DNA of 24,687 bases from Deltaproteobacteria bacterium (lineage in GTDB: Bacteria; Myxococcota_A; Polyangia; Polyangiales; Houyiibacteriaceae). Positions 17,166 through 24,687 of this stretch are shown one piece after another. Location: positions 1 to 24,687 of the forward strand of contig JAXMNT010000077.1 of the NCBI GenBank assembly GCA_034670305.1, in the 5' to 3' direction. The translations under genes and the position numbers were made by a program. Below the pieces are notes generated by a model. The model had not been told where the DNA came from. It saw nothing but the letters and a program-made list of their open reading frames with translations, and made no database searches. Within the stretch, counting starts at the first letter, position 1. Every line of letters starts with the position of its first letter.

Positions 17166-17813
17166 ATGCACGGAGATGGACAAGGTGGGGCACCCCCACC
17201 ACACGGAGCGGCGCCCGGTTACGGCGCACCTGGGCAGACGGTCCCGGAGCAGACGCCGCCCGGCCAGGTCGCACCCGGCCAGGTCGCACCCGGCCAGGTC
17301 GCACCCGGCCAGGTCGCACCCGGCCAGGTCGCACCCGGGGCTGCGACGGTGCAGGGCGGGTACGCCGCACCACCGCAGCCGCCCTACGGCGGTCCTCCCG
17401 CGGGCGCACCCTACGGCGGTCCCCCCGGCGCACCGTACGGGGGCCCGGCTGCTGGCCCGCCGGTCCCCCAGACGGGCGCGGCCGCACTCGCCCAGGCCAA
17501 GGGCATCGCCCATGCCTTCGTGGACTTCTCGTTCTCGAACTACCTCGCGCCGCGCGTGGTGAAGGTGCTCTACGCGCTCGTGATGCTGGCCGCGGTCGGC
17601 GTGGTCTTGATGGGCCTCTATGGCGGTTTCAACCGCGCGTTCCTGGCGTACTACACCGATGTCTCCGATGGGCTGCTGATGATGCTGCTCGCGCCACTGG
17701 CCGGGCTCGCGGTGCTGATCCTCGGCCGCATGTACTGCGAGCTCGTCGTGATCTTCTTCAAGATCGCCGAGCACCTGGCCGCGATCCGGGCGGCCCTCGA
17801 AAAGAAGGACTGA
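17166..17813 (+). CDS. DUF4282 membrane protein with Pro/Gly/Gln-rich N-terminus
   Basis: FVDFSFSNYLAPRVVKVLY and R..CE.VVIFFKIAEHL; AAGGGGA upstream of the ATG; alternative ATG at 17109. Confidence 0.85.
   Translation: MHGDGQGGAPPPHGAAPGYGAPGQTVPEQTPPGQVAPGQVAPGQVAPGQVAPGQVAPGAATVQGGYAAPPQPPYGGPPAGAPYGGPPGAPYGGPAAGPPVPQTGAAALAQAKGIAHAFVDFSFSNYLAPRVVKVLYALVMLAAVGVVLMGLYGGFNRAFLAYYTDVSDGLLMMLLAPLAGLAVLILGRMYCELVVIFFKIAEHLAAIRAALEKKD
17259..17339 (+). repeat. Perfect 15-bp in-frame repeat x5 encoding PGQVA
   Basis: Unit CCCGGCCAGGTCGCA. Confidence 0.95.
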
Positions 17814-17870
17814 CGGACTGAGCGGCGCGGTTGACGCGAGCTGCGCCTCGCGAACGCGACTTCTGCAGCG

Positions 17871-18869
17871 CTACTTCTTCCGGAACATCAGCCACAGCTT
17901 GAAGCCGAGGATCGGAACCACCACGAGCAAGCCGAGGACCATCGCCCCGGAGCTGTCGTTCTCGGAAGAGCGCGAAAGGGTGCTCGGCATGGCGGGCATC
18001 GCGGGCATCGGCTGACTCGCTTCCAAGGCCTCGATCTGCTGTTGAGCGAACTCGTTCAGCGGTTGGGGCGGATGCTCCTCCTGGTCTTGCTGGGTCGCCG
18101 CCTGAACGCCCTGCTCCACCGCATCGGTCGCGAGGTCGACCGCTTCTTCGAGCAGGTCGAGATCCTCGACCGAGTCGGTGATCTCGGGCGCGTGCGCGCT
18201 GGGGTCGAGGTCGTCCGCCAATCCAGACCGTTCGGCGGCCAGCTCAGGCAGCTCACCAGGTTGCGAACGGGTGGTCGGTGCGTCGACCTCCATGCGGCGC
18301 GGCTCCACCATGAAGCGGGACGCGCCGGTTTCGTCCACGACCCGCCGGACCGGATGGGTGTTGCCAGCCGCGTCCATGACGTAGAGCGGTCCTTGGAGTT
18401 CGGTGAGTCGCTCCGGATGGGCGGCGGCTGGCAGGTCGAGCACGATCGCGGTGCCGTGTTCGTGCACCCCTTCGAGCGCGTTGGTGGCCGAGGTCCCGAA
18501 GCGCGGGGGCGCATCGACGGAACCGATCGCGCGGAAGCCGCCGAAGCCATCACCCGTCAGGTAGGTCGCCCGCGGCAGGCCATCGGGCAACGCGTGGAAG
18601 AGTGCCGCCGCGCGGCTCTGGGGCCGAAGCAGGGTGGCCGCCGTCGCACCGGCCAGCGCCCCGTGCGAGAGCCCGCGGAACGCGCGGGTACCGGACGCGC
18701 CGTGCGCCGCGGCGCCGCCTGCCCGCCGGGCCGCACCGCCTGCGCGCGACGCACCCTTGGCCGCACCGCGGGCGCCACGCAGCAGCGCGCCGAGTTGGGC
18801 TTCTGCGGTCGTTGGTGAAGTCGTCCCGAGAAGGGAGAGGGCGAGGGCGAGAAGCAGGGCGGAGCGCAT
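17871..18869 (-). CDS. Secreted protein with C-terminal membrane anchor
   Basis: Signal peptide ending AEA-Q; Gly/Ala/Arg-rich N-terminus; acidic linker; C-terminal TM helix plus FRKK. Confidence 0.65.
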   Translation of the reverse strand: MRSALLLALALSLLGTTSPTTAEAQLGALLRGARGAAKGASRAGGAARRAGGAAAHGASGTRAFRGLSHGALAGATAATLLRPQSRAAALFHALPDGLPRATYLTGDGFGGFRAIGSVDAPPRFGTSATNALEGVHEHGTAIVLDLPAAAHPERLTELQGPLYVMDAAGNTHPVRRVVDETGASRFMVEPRRMEVDAPTTRSQPGELPELAAERSGLADDLDPSAHAPEITDSVEDLDLLEEAVDLATDAVEQGVQAATQQDQEEHPPQPLNEFAQQQIEALEASQPMPAMPAMPSTLSRSSENDSSGAMVLGLLVVVPILGFKLWLMFRKK

Positions 18870-18982
18870 GGGTTCGGAATACGTCGCCCGAGGTCGAGCC
18901 TGCGTGAGCAACCACACCACCCCGCACGGGGGGCGCGGCCACACGCCCAGTGCTACACAGCGCCGTGGCCGAACCCGATCCC

Positions 18983-20401
18983 ATGCCCCGCACGATCCAC
19001 TTCGTCTCCCTCGGTTGTGCGAAGAACCGGGTCGATACCGAGGTCATGCTCGGGGTCAGCGGGGTCGAAGGGTTCACGCACGTCGAAGATCCGGCCGACG
19101 CCGAAGTCATCGTCGTCAACACCTGCGGGTTCATCGGGCCGGCCAAAGAGGAGAGCGTCGACACCATTCTGGAGATGGCGGGCCACAAAGAAGGCCGCTG
19201 CCAGCGCCTCGTGGTCTCCGGCTGTCTCTCGCAACGCTACGTCGACCAGCTGATGGTCGAGATGCCCGAGGTCGATCATTTCCTCGGCTCGTCCGACATG
19301 CTCAAGCTCGGGCCCCTGCTGAAGCTCGGCACCGAGCGCGGCGAGCGCATGCTCGTCGGCAACCCCGCCGACTACACCATGCGCGCGACCGATCCCCGCC
19401 GGCTGACCCAGTGGGGGCACAGCGCCTACATGAAGATCGCCGAAGGCTGCAACCGCAGCTGCAGCTTCTGCGCGATTCCGTCCTTCCGGGGCAAGCAGCG
19501 CTCCCGGCCGATCTCGGATCTCGTCGACGAAGCGGTGCGCTTGTCCGAGATGGGGGTGCGCGAGATCAACCTCATCAGCCAGGACACCATCGCGTATGGG
19601 CGGGACCTGCCAGCCGACGCGTCGGGGCAGAAGCAGACCCTCGCGGGTCTGGCGGTCGCGCTCGCCGAAGTCGACGGGATCGACTGGGTGCGGCTGCACT
19701 ACCTCTACCCGGAGAAGCTCACCACCCCGCTCATCGAAGCGATGGGCCAGCACCCGAAGGTGCTGCCCTACATCGACATGCCGCTGCAGCACGCGGCGAG
19801 CCCCATGCTCAAGCGGATGCGCCGCGGCCACGGAGGCAAGCGGCTCTACGATTTGGTCGAGCGGGTGCGCACCGAGATCCCCGATCTTGTCTTCCGCACG
19901 ACGTTCATTGTTGGCCATCCCGGCGAGACGGACGAGGACTTCACCGAGTTGAAGGACTTCGTGACCTGGGCCGAGTTCGACCACGTCGGTGTGTTTCTGT
20001 ACTCGCCCGAAGAAGGCACCCCGAGCGGCGCGATGGAAGATCTCGTGGACGAGAAGGTCGCGCACGCGCGCCATCGTCAGTTGATGCGCGTGCAGCGGCC
20101 GATCAGCCGCGAGCGACTGCGCGCCCGCATCGGCACCGAGCTCGACGTGCTCGTGGACGGAGTGAGCGACGAGTCGGAGTTCCTGCTCGAAGGCCGCTGG
20201 TGGGGCCAAGCGCCCGAGGTGGACGGCAAGGTCTACCTGGCCAACGGCACCGCGCAGGCGGGCGAGCTGCGAAAAGCGCTCGTGACGGACGCCGCCGACT
20301 ACGACCTGGTCGCCGACCTGCTCTCGCCCGACGGCGCGTGGGAAGCGCCCCCGGGGACCGAGCGCCCCCAGAAGCGCAAAGTCAAACTCCGCCTCGTGTA
20401 G
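18983..20401 (+). CDS. rimO: Ribosomal protein S12 methylthiotransferase
   Basis: SLGCAKNRVDTE, VNTCGFI, SGCLSQRY, KIAEGCNRSCSFCAIP, RLHYLYP, DMPLQH and a TRAM domain with APEVDG. Alternative GTG at 18965. Confidence 0.95.
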   Translation: MPRTIHFVSLGCAKNRVDTEVMLGVSGVEGFTHVEDPADAEVIVVNTCGFIGPAKEESVDTILEMAGHKEGRCQRLVVSGCLSQRYVDQLMVEMPEVDHFLGSSDMLKLGPLLKLGTERGERMLVGNPADYTMRATDPRRLTQWGHSAYMKIAEGCNRSCSFCAIPSFRGKQRSRPISDLVDEAVRLSEMGVREINLISQDTIAYGRDLPADASGQKQTLAGLAVALAEVDGIDWVRLHYLYPEKLTTPLIEAMGQHPKVLPYIDMPLQHAASPMLKRMRRGHGGKRLYDLVERVRTEIPDLVFRTTFIVGHPGETDEDFTELKDFVTWAEFDHVGVFLYSPEEGTPSGAMEDLVDEKVAHARHRQLMRVQRPISRERLRARIGTELDVLVDGVSDESEFLLEGRWWGQAPEVDGKVYLANGTAQAGELRKALVTDAADYDLVADLLSPDGAWEAPPGTERPQKRKVKLRLV

Positions 20402-20459
20402 GGAGTCGCTGACAAGCGGCGCCCCTGCCCTTGCCCCGCCCCTTGCCCATGCCCTGCCC
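20399..20459 (+). terminator. Hairpin GGGAGTCGCT-GACA-AGCGGCGCCC followed by a (CCCTTG)-type array
   Basis: Starts at the rimO stop codon; imperfect 10-bp stem; no U-tract, so terminator function is inferred from position only. Confidence 0.45.
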
Positions 20460-20476
20460 AGGGATGGGGCCGACTG

Positions 20477-20974
20477 CTACTCGTGGTCGTGATCGTGGTG
20501 GTCCATGCCACCTTCGTCGTCGTCGTGGTCGTCGTCGTGATCGTGGTCGGTGTCACCGCCGGCGGCCGGGGCGTGGCCGTGTCCCGCGTGTTCGGGGGCG
20601 CTGGCGTCCATCTGCTTGAGTTCCATCCCGCACACCGGGCAGCGGCCGTCGTTGCGCTGGAGCGCGGCGAAGTGGACGGTGCCCATGTCGCAGTAAAACG
20701 CGCCGTCGGGGATGCGGTTCTCGGCCACCGGCGGATCGAACCGCACGCCTTGATCCGAGAGCGTCATCGGCCCCGTGCCGGCAGCGACTTCGGCGACCGC
20801 GTGGACTTCCGCGACGTGTTCGTCGTCGTGGTCCTCGGCGGCGTGGTCTTCGACCCCGTCGTGGTCGTGGTCGTGGTTCTCGCCTTCGTGCTCGTCGTGG
20901 GCTTCTTCGTCCCCGCCACAGCCCGCACCCCACGCCAACATCAGAACCAGCACAACGCGTGTCATCGACCTCAT
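20477..20974 (-). CDS. His/Asp-rich lipoprotein with a heavy-metal-binding-like domain
   Basis: C-terminal end of ORF 20477..23458. Lipobox GAGC; two His/acidic tracts flank FYCDMGTVH...GRCPVCGMEL; GAAAGGT upstream of the ATG. Confidence 0.8.
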   Translation of the reverse strand: MRSMTRVVLVLMLAWGAGCGGDEEAHDEHEGENHDHDHDGVEDHAAEDHDDEHVAEVHAVAEVAAGTGPMTLSDQGVRFDPPVAENRIPDGAFYCDMGTVHFAALQRNDGRCPVCGMELKQMDASAPEHAGHGHAPAAGGDTDHDHDDDHDDDEGGMDHHDHDHE

Positions 20975-21072
20975 GGTGAACCTTTCGCTGGGGCATCGGG
21001 CCTGGACGGCCCCTGCTCTCGGCTCGCGGGAGCCCCGGCAGGAGACTCCCACCCCTGCCAGCCTCCGGCAAT

Positions 21073-21089
21073 TCGAACCCCGGGTTCGA
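21073..21089. promoter_or_regulatory. Perfect inverted repeat TCGAACC-CCG-GGTTCGA, candidate operator
   Basis: 7-3-7 dyad in a divergent intergenic region; function inferred. Confidence 0.35.
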
Positions 21090-21283
21090 CCCTCTCGTTT
21101 CGCGGGGCCTTGGGTCGTGAAGGCGCGTGGTGTCCCGTGAAGATGCGCAGGAACTGCCATTGCGGGGGGTGGCGCTGGTACCCTTGGCGGACTCCGTAGT
21201 TGGGGCTGTGCCCCGTTCTTCAACGTCCCCTGCGAAACTTGGACCCAAGTGATTCGTTCGGGGGCAGTCTCGTCATATGACCC

Positions 21284-24200
21284 GTGGATGATCGGCCGAC
21301 GCTCCTCATGCTTGGCTCGGGCGAGCCCATGCGGGCCGCGCTCGAGGATGCACTCGCGCGTCATGCCGCCTTCGCGGAGGTCGCGGACAGCTCCTCGCCC
21401 GTAGCGGCGGTCATGGCGTCCGCGCCGGATCTGGTCGTGCTCGTGGGAGACGCGGCGGCTGCCTACGAGGAACTGCTGCCCATGTTCGCCGCGCACCCGC
21501 TCACGGCGGTGGTGCCGGTGGCGCTCTTGGCGCCCCCCGATCTCGACGTTCACCTTGGAGCCGCCCGCAGTGGCGTCGTGCTCGTCCCTCGGACCGCGAG
21601 CGTCGACGGCATGGCCCGGACCATCGCCGCGCTGGCCCGCGACATGCCCGAACGCTCCGCACAGAGCGAAGGCGCGATGGGCGAGGCGAGCGTCGAAGAG
21701 CTCCTCGAGATCCTCAAACGGGAACTCGAGGGCGGCATCCTGTCGGTCTCTCAGAAACAGGGTGCGCCGGGCGCCGAACCACTGTCCGCGCGCTTCGTAC
21801 TCGCGCCGGGCCGCGACGTGGACGAAGCGATCCGCGGCTTCGTAGAACGCATCAAGCCGCTGCTGCAACAGCGACAACCACTCCACTACGAGCTCGACGC
21901 ACCCGGCAGCGGCAAGATCGCGGTGCTCGGCGACGACGACTCGAGTTCGGCGCTGGAGGTGCTTCACGGGCGGCGCATCTTGCTCGTCGAAGACGACGCG
22001 GCCGTCGCGGACACGCTCGCCCAGGAGCTGCGCGCCTACGGTGCGGTGGTCGCGGTGTGCACGTCCGAAGGCAGCGGCCTCGAACGAGCGCAAGGACTCG
22101 ACCCCGAAGTGCTGATCGTCGATCAGAAGGGACTCGACGGTCGCAGTTACGATGTGCTGCGGCGCATCCGGCGCGACATCGCACTCCGCTGGGCCGCGGT
22201 GCTCGTCATCCAGGTCGAGTCGCTCTTGCCGCCCGGCGAGGCGCCGCGCCTCGAAGTGCTCGCGAGCTCGATCGCGCCATTGCTCGCGCCGGATCGCGAA
22301 CTTCGGGAGCGGGCGCAGGGCACCGTCTCGTTCGACGCGCGGCTCGAGTCGCTCGGACCGTCCCGCCTCGTTCGGGCGATCGCGACAGGCGCGGGCACTT
22401 GGCAGATCACGATTCGACACCCGCGCGCCCGGATCGAGATCGGCGTCGCGGAAGGACTCGTCACCGGCGCGTCGGCCACGATCGGTCGCGGCACCAGCGT
22501 CGAGGGCATCACCGCGCTCGCAGCGTTGCTCGCGCTCGGATCGGGCCGGGTTCACGTCGAGCCCAAGGACGCGCCAGTGAGCGCGAACCTGTTGATGCCG
22601 GTGGCCGACGTGTTCGTACAGGCCGCGCAAGAGTCGCCGCCGATCCGGCCCAGCATCCGTCCATCCCACGAGCCGCCTGCGCCACCCGAAGCACCGGGCG
22701 CGCTGGTCGCCAAACTTCGGCGGGTGCTCGAAGGGCGCGCGTCGGTCTCGCCGGCCCTGCTCGACGAGCTGCGGGTGATGGAAGAAGAGCTCCAGCGGGA
22801 AGATGCCCCGCTGCCCGGCGAAGACACGATGGCCGGGGCCCGCGACGAAGTGGATGCGGCGCTGGCGGAAACCGCAGCGGTGTCTTCGCCGCAAGACGCA
22901 CCGACCCGCCAACTGGCGCCGCTCGAGACGCAGCCGACGGTGCAGAGCGTGGTCGACCGGTTGCCGCCGCCCCCGGCGTCCCCGCTCGAGACGCAAGCGA
23001 CGGTGTCGGCCTCGGTGCCGGTCCCGCCACCCCCTGCGAGCGCGCCGCCACCGGCCTCGGTGCCGGTCCCGCCGCCCCCCGCGAGCGCGCCGCCGGCACC
23101 GGCCTCGGTGCCGGTGCCCCCGGTTGCCCGCAGCGGGCCGCCTCCGCCGGTCCCCGCGAGCTTGAAGATCCCTCCGCCCGCGGTGCGCTTGCCGCGCCCG
23201 AAACCACGCGGCCCCTCGCGCCGCAAGGCCACCCTGATGGGGGTGCCCATGGCGCAGCCACCGCCGCCCTCGCCGAAGACCGACGACGTCGCGGTGGGCG
23301 TGGCGGTGCAGAGCGAACCTCCGCCGCCGCCGACGCCCCGCATGCCGCCGCCCGCACCGGTGGTGTCGGCCCCCGAACTGCAGTCCGAAGACATCGGTGG
23401 GCTGGCTTCGGTGCTCGAGCCGGTCGCATCGCTCGGTCTGGAAGAGGACCCTCCGCAAGCAGCACCGCTGGCCCCGATGGCGCCTCCCGCGATGACGTCC
23501 TCAGCACTGCGGTCTTCACAGACAGCACCGCCGGCGTCGACCTTGCCCGTGGAGGTCGCAGCGTCGTCCGACGAACTCGAAGTCTTTGGCGCACCGGTGG
23601 ACGACTCGGCCGAGTTCGAAGCCTTCCCCCCACCGGTGCGTGCGACCCCGCTCGCGGGCGAACCGACCGCCCCGGTGGCACCCGCGGCCGGAGGACAACT
23701 GCTGGACGCGTCCACCGAACCGTTGATGACCGAACCGCTTCTCCTCCCCCAGAAGAGCCGCAAGGGATGGGTCATCGGTGCAGCGGTGGTCGTGGCACTC
23801 GCCGTGGTGGGTGGCGGCCTCTGGGTGCGCAGCCAACGGGCCGAAGTGGTGGCGGTGGGCGGTGGGCCGGTCGAGCCCGTGGACCCGGCCGCGGCGGCGG
23901 CGGAGGTTGCGGCCGCTGAGGCCGCGGCGGCTGCCGCGGAGGTGGCTGCGGCAGCAGCAGCTGCCCAAGTCGAAACCGATCCCGAGGCCGACCCCGAAGT
24001 CGATCCCGAAGCGGATCCCGAGGCCGATCCCGAAGCCGATCCCGAAGCCGATCCCGATGGCGAAGCCGATCCCGATGGCGAAGCCGATCCCGATGGTGAA
24101 GCCGACCCCGATGGCGAAGCCGATCCCGATGGTGAAGCGGATCCCGACGGCGAGGGCGAGGCGGAGACGGAAGATCCGGAGCTCGCGGCGGAGGAGGCGG

Positions 24201-24565
24201 CGGCCCGGCGTGGCGGGCGGGGGAACCGGGTCGAAGAGTTGATTCGAGCCGGCAACTTCTACCGAGGGCGCGGGCGGTCGGAGCGGGCGAAGGCGCGCTA
24301 CCTCTCCGCGCTTCGTCTGCGACCGAACAACGGGCGCGCGCTGGCCGGCCTCACGCGCCTCGCGCTCGCCCAGGGCCGTGCGACGGAGGCGGTCCGGTAC
24401 GCGCGACGGCTGGTGCGGGCAGTGCCAAGGCACGCCCCGAACCGAGTGCTGCTCGGGGACTCCTTGCGTGCGGCCGGCGACACCAACGGCGCGCATCGCG
24501 CGTACGAGGCGGCGCTCGGCATCGATCCGCAGAACCGGACTGCCCGTCGCCGACTCGGCCGCTAG
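21284..24565 (+). CDS. Membrane-spanning signalling protein: (receiver-like + DUF4388-like) x2, Pro-rich linker, TM helix, acidic repeats, C-terminal TPRs
   Basis: RRILLVEDD...EVLIVD receiver; GAMGEASVEELL...GGILSV and SFDARLESLG...EGITALAALL DUF4388-like segments; TM WVIGAAVVVALAVVGGGLWV; TPRs such as LGDSLRAAGDTNGAHRAYEAALGIDPQN. Confidence 0.8.
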   Translation: MDDRPTLLMLGSGEPMRAALEDALARHAAFAEVADSSSPVAAVMASAPDLVVLVGDAAAAYEELLPMFAAHPLTAVVPVALLAPPDLDVHLGAARSGVVLVPRTASVDGMARTIAALARDMPERSAQSEGAMGEASVEELLEILKRELEGGILSVSQKQGAPGAEPLSARFVLAPGRDVDEAIRGFVERIKPLLQQRQPLHYELDAPGSGKIAVLGDDDSSSALEVLHGRRILLVEDDAAVADTLAQELRAYGAVVAVCTSEGSGLERAQGLDPEVLIVDQKGLDGRSYDVLRRIRRDIALRWAAVLVIQVESLLPPGEAPRLEVLASSIAPLLAPDRELRERAQGTVSFDARLESLGPSRLVRAIATGAGTWQITIRHPRARIEIGVAEGLVTGASATIGRGTSVEGITALAALLALGSGRVHVEPKDAPVSANLLMPVADVFVQAAQESPPIRPSIRPSHEPPAPPEAPGALVAKLRRVLEGRASVSPALLDELRVMEEELQREDAPLPGEDTMAGARDEVDAALAETAAVSSPQDAPTRQLAPLETQPTVQSVVDRLPPPPASPLETQATVSASVPVPPPPASAPPPASVPVPPPPASAPPAPASVPVPPVARSGPPPPVPASLKIPPPAVRLPRPKPRGPSRRKATLMGVPMAQPPPPSPKTDDVAVGVAVQSEPPPPPTPRMPPPAPVVSAPELQSEDIGGLASVLEPVASLGLEEDPPQAAPLAPMAPPAMTSSALRSSQTAPPASTLPVEVAASSDELEVFGAPVDDSAEFEAFPPPVRATPLAGEPTAPVAPAAGGQLLDASTEPLMTEPLLLPQKSRKGWVIGAAVVVALAVVGGGLWVRSQRAEVVAVGGGPVEPVDPAAAAAEVAAAEAAAAAAEVAAAAAAAQVETDPEADPEVDPEADPEADPEADPEADPDGEADPDGEADPDGEADPDGEADPDGEADPDGEGEAETEDPELAAEEAAARRGGRGNRVEELIRAGNFYRGRGRSERAKARYLSALRLRPNNGRALAGLTRLALAQGRATEAVRYARRLVRAVPRHAPNRVLLGDSLRAAGDTNGAHRAYEAALGIDPQNRTARRRLGR
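23972..24160 (+). repeat. In-frame (GAAGCCGATCCC)n and (GAAGCCGATCCCGATGGC)n array encoding EADP / EADPDG
   Basis: Same 12-bp unit as the intergenic arrays near 14640 and 16370. Confidence 0.95.
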
Positions 24566-24622
24566 CAGGTCGCTGAAAAGCGACCTGCTCCCTTGCCGTT
24601 GCCCTTGCCCGTGCCCTTGCCC
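24563..24622 (+). terminator. Perfect 11-bp hairpin AGCAGGTCGCT-GAAA-AGCGACCTGCT followed by a (CCCTTG/CCCGTG)n array
   Basis: Overlaps the TAG stop; GAAA tetraloop; no U-tract. Confidence 0.55.
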
Positions 24623-24687
24623 GCGTCGTGGACGCCGTGTGTTTCGCGACGGCGAGGCGCGAATCGGAGCGCGATGCCCAGCGGACG

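Noticed and set aside
21068-21097. tRNA fragment or att site, suggested by GGTTCGA T-loop-like motifs on both strands
   Set aside because: T-stem pairing fails and there is no cloverleaf or CCA; better explained as an inverted repeat.
21140-21200. Cobalamin riboswitch-like CCCCCGCAA stretch on the minus strand
   Set aside because: The other conserved elements, including the B12 box, could not be found.
20975-23458. 993-aa minus-strand ORF and other long Arg/Gly-rich shadow ORFs
   Set aside because: These are antisense shadows of real genes in GC-rich DNA; only the final 165 aa (20477-20974) look like a real protein.

Overview
High-GC bacterial window. The many ACGDD-type lipoproteins, Pro-rich and TPR proteins and DUF4388-like domains suggest Myxococcota (Polyangiales/Sandaracinaceae-like); this placement is an inference. 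It holds about 24 genes, mostly envelope or surface proteins. These include a GH114 lipoprotein, three glycosyltransferases, an EEP nuclease/phosphatase, a lamin-tail-domain lipoprotein, a VWA lipoprotein, DUF6265 and DUF4282 proteins, a His-rich metal-binding lipoprotein and a large receiver-TM-TPR protein, plus queE and rimO. The unusual signal is non-coding. (1) A family of hexamer/12-mer tandem arrays (GCGGAA, GAAGCCGATCCC, GAAGCCGACTCC) recurs at gene junctions, once inside a protein, and once in frame with an apparently 5'-truncated four-helix-bundle (IVS/Avd-like) gene that the ORF track misses. (2) A stop codon + GTCGCTGAmAAGCG hairpin + (CCCTTG)n element occurs twice, and its tail has G-quadruplex potential. 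(3) A 21-bp intergenic array is present. (4) Many genes have a TANNNT-like box 5-9 nt before the start codon, suggesting leaderless mRNAs. No rRNA, tRNA, CRISPR array, transposase or reverse transcriptase is visible. All domain calls come from motif recognition by eye, not database searches.
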